From: Thalassotalea sp.
Lineage (GTDB): Bacteria; Pseudomonadota; Gammaproteobacteria; Enterobacterales; Alteromonadaceae
Length of the DNA stretch: 64,000 bases
Assembly (NCBI GenBank): GCA_029237915.1
Contig: JAQWHD010000042.1
Span: 2,929 to 66,928 of the forward strand
Reading direction: 5' to 3'
The position numbers and the translations under genes are program-made. This document shows, piece after piece, positions 61,919 to 64,000 of the stretch. The notes under the pieces are model-generated. The model saw nothing but the letters and a program-made list of their open reading frames with translations, ran no database searches and was not told the origin of the DNA. The first letter of the stretch is position 1. Each line of letters opens with the position of its first letter.

Positions 61919-63340
61919 ATGAGTATAGACATGAGTACTGAACAAACTTTATTAGAAACCGATATAGAAGCCTATTTAAAAGTGCATGAGCATAAAGATA
62001 TGTTGCGCTTTTTAACCTGTGGTAATGTTGATGACGGTAAATCAACTCTAATTGGCCGACTATTGCATGATTCAAAATTAATTTTTGAAGATCATATGGC
62101 CGCGATTAAAAACGATTCTAAAAAATTCAATACCACAGACGGCGAGTTCGATTTAGCGCTATTAGTTGATGGTTTACAATCAGAGCGTGAGCAGGGCATT
62201 ACCATTGATGTAGCTTATCGCTACTTTGCTACTGAGAAACGTAAATTTATCATTGCCGATTGCCCTGGCCATGAGCAATACACACGTAATATGGCAACCG
62301 GTGCATCTAACTGTGATTTAGCTATCGTGATGATCGATGCTCGTTATGGCGTACAAACGCAAACTAAGCGTCACAGTTATATTGCCGCACTACTGGGCAT
62401 AAAGCATATTATCGTTGCGGTAAATAAAATGGATTTGGTTAATTTTAGCCAAGACGAATACCGTAAAATAAAAGAAGAATATCGCAATTTTGCCGATGAG
62501 CTAAACATCCCTGATGTACGCTTTGTTCCTATTTCAGCGCTTAACGGTGACAATGTGGTTAATCGCTCAGAAGCGATGGATTGGTACCCAGGTGCTACCT
62601 TAATGGGCTTATTAGACACTGTTAAGATTGATGAAGATAATAACCTAGAAGATTTTCGTTTTCCGGTGCAATATGTTACTCGTCCAAATTTAGATTTTCG
62701 CGGTTTTTGTGGCACTGTAGCTGGTGGCGTGATCAATATTGGTGATGTTATTACCGCATTACCATCAGGTAAAACGTCTTCGGTTAAATCTATTGTGACA
62801 GCCGATGGCGAGTTAGAATCCGCATTTGTTAACCAAGCTGTTACTATTACCCTAAACGATGAAATTGATGTTTCTCGTGGTGATGTCATTGTTAAATCTA
62901 ATAAGTTAGCAACCATCAGTGACAACTTTGCTGCCACCATAGTGTGGATGAGTGAAGCTGCTTTACAACCGGGTAAAGAGTATGAGTTAAAAATAGGTAC
63001 TAAAAATACTTATGGTCGCATCGAAAAGATTAACTACCGTATAGATGTTAATACCCTTGAGCATGTTCAAGAAGATGAGATGAAACTTAACGAGATCTCT
63101 TCATGTAATGTCCATACTACAAGCCCAGTTGTTATTGATGATTATAAAGACGTTGAAGGTACAGGTTCATTCGTTATTATCGACCGTTTAACTAACATCA
63201 CTGTTGGTGCCGGTATGATCACTAACACGCAAGTAGGTGACGGCAGTGAAGTTGCACAGCGTACTTACAGCGCAACTGAAATTGAACTGAACGCTTTTAT
63301 TCGTAAAACCTTCCCAGAGTGGGATTGTAAAGCGATTTAG
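61919..63340 (+). CDS. cysN: Sulfate adenylyltransferase subunit 1 (no fused APS kinase)
   Basis: TCGNVDDGKSTLIG, EREQGITIDVAYRYF, DCPGHEQYTRNM, NKMD; start may be 61931. Confidence 0.96.
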   Translation: MSIDMSTEQTLLETDIEAYLKVHEHKDMLRFLTCGNVDDGKSTLIGRLLHDSKLIFEDHMAAIKNDSKKFNTTDGEFDLALLVDGLQSEREQGITIDVAYRYFATEKRKFIIADCPGHEQYTRNMATGASNCDLAIVMIDARYGVQTQTKRHSYIAALLGIKHIIVAVNKMDLVNFSQDEYRKIKEEYRNFADELNIPDVRFVPISALNGDNVVNRSEAMDWYPGATLMGLLDTVKIDEDNNLEDFRFPVQYVTRPNLDFRGFCGTVAGGVINIGDVITALPSGKTSSVKSIVTADGELESAFVNQAVTITLNDEIDVSRGDVIVKSNKLATISDNFAATIVWMSEAALQPGKEYELKIGTKNTYGRIEKINYRIDVNTLEHVQEDEMKLNEISSCNVHTTSPVVIDDYKDVEGTGSFVIIDRLTNITVGAGMITNTQVGDGSEVAQRTYSATEIELNAFIRKTFPEWDCKAI

Positions 63341-63363
63341 AAATAAAGCTACTCATGATAAAT

Positions 63364-63388
63364 AGCCGGGAGTTATTCCGGCTTTTTT
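63364..63388 (+). terminator. Terminator after cysN
   Basis: agccgg-gagttatt-ccggct plus T run. Confidence 0.7.
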
Positions 63389-63534
63389 ATTCGCTAAACT
63401 TGCTAAACGTTTTGAACTAATAGATAGTTATATGAGTTCATTAATTAAATTCAAAACACGCCAAAATAATTACAAACACTGCCTACTAAGCTGGTTTATT
63501 GTCTGCTTAATAGCGTAGTAAATAAAGGGTTTAC

Positions 63535-64000
63535 ATGCTCACTATTGATCAATGGGCTATGCTTGCGATTTTTTTTGCAACATTCATCGGCTTAATTAAA
63601 TATCAAAGTGCTCCTGAGCGAGTATTCGCGGCAGCCACTATGGCATGTCTAACCTTATCCTTTGTGAGCACAGAACAAATATTCCACAATGCCATCAACC
63701 CAGGTTTACTGACCTTAATTTTATTGATCAGCTGCTCTTTTGCTTTTGAGCGCACCAGTTTTTTACGTATTTTAGCCAATAAACTCATTAATAAAGGCGT
63801 TAAACGGTCGTTATTAAAAACTTTACTAACCACAGCATTTGCATCGGCAATATTAAATAATACGGCTGTTGTGGCAACGTTAATATCACCCATTAAAAAT
63901 AATAAATTTATAAACCCTGGCCGACTGTTACTGCCACTATCTTATGCCGCTATTCTAGGTGGCACACTAACCTTAGTTGGTACTTCTACTAATCTAATCG
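63535..64000 (+). CDS. SLC13/CitMHS-type permease, 3'-truncated by the window edge
   Basis: Not in the ORF track. Open frame MLTIDQWAML...SAILNNTAVVA...LLLPLSYAAILGGTLTLVGTSTNLI runs to the window end. Confidence 0.88.
   Translation, partial: MLTIDQWAMLAIFFATFIGLIKYQSAPERVFAAATMACLTLSFVSTEQIFHNAINPGLLTLILLISCSFAFERTSFLRILANKLINKGVKRSLLKTLLTTAFASAILNNTAVVATLISPIKNNKFINPGRLLLPLSYAAILGGTLTLVGTSTNLI

Overview
AT-rich marine gammaproteobacterial chromosome segment. Gene order suggests Alteromonadales, probably Colwellia/Thalassotalea-like (inference). Most of it is core genome: fimV(partial)-truA-accD-folC-dedD-cvpA-purF; an accessory block (Yip1, hypothetical, ALDH/TetR, miaE, DUF1080, zapB/zapA-like pair, DUF885, EF-hand protein); lpxH-ppiB/cysS; folD; a tRNA Pro-Arg-His-Pro operon; tig-clpP-clpX-lon-hupB-ppiD; sapABCDF-pspF/pspABC-ycjXF; phhAB-tyrR-maiA; ffs; priC; a TonB-dependent receptor plus a SAM methyltransferase plus a six-gene TtpC-type TonB system; and cysD-cysN-SLC13(partial). 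No CRISPR array, prophage, integrase or transposase gene was seen. The most unusual signals: (1) a diverged tandem duplication of the sapD/sapF junction forming an intact 35-codon chimeric mini-ORF with mostly synonymous differences; (2) an array of tRNA-Pro 3'-end fragments behind the tRNA operon; (3) dispersed paired hairpins with GGA loops (TwoAYGGAY/CsrA-site-like) and ATACCAA...TTGGTAT MITE-like elements; (4) a single-base frameshift in the Walker A motif of lon; (5) an orphan methyltransferase inside the receptor/TonB locus, whose receptor has a very acidic 80-aa segment. All calls are by eye; no database search or folding was run.
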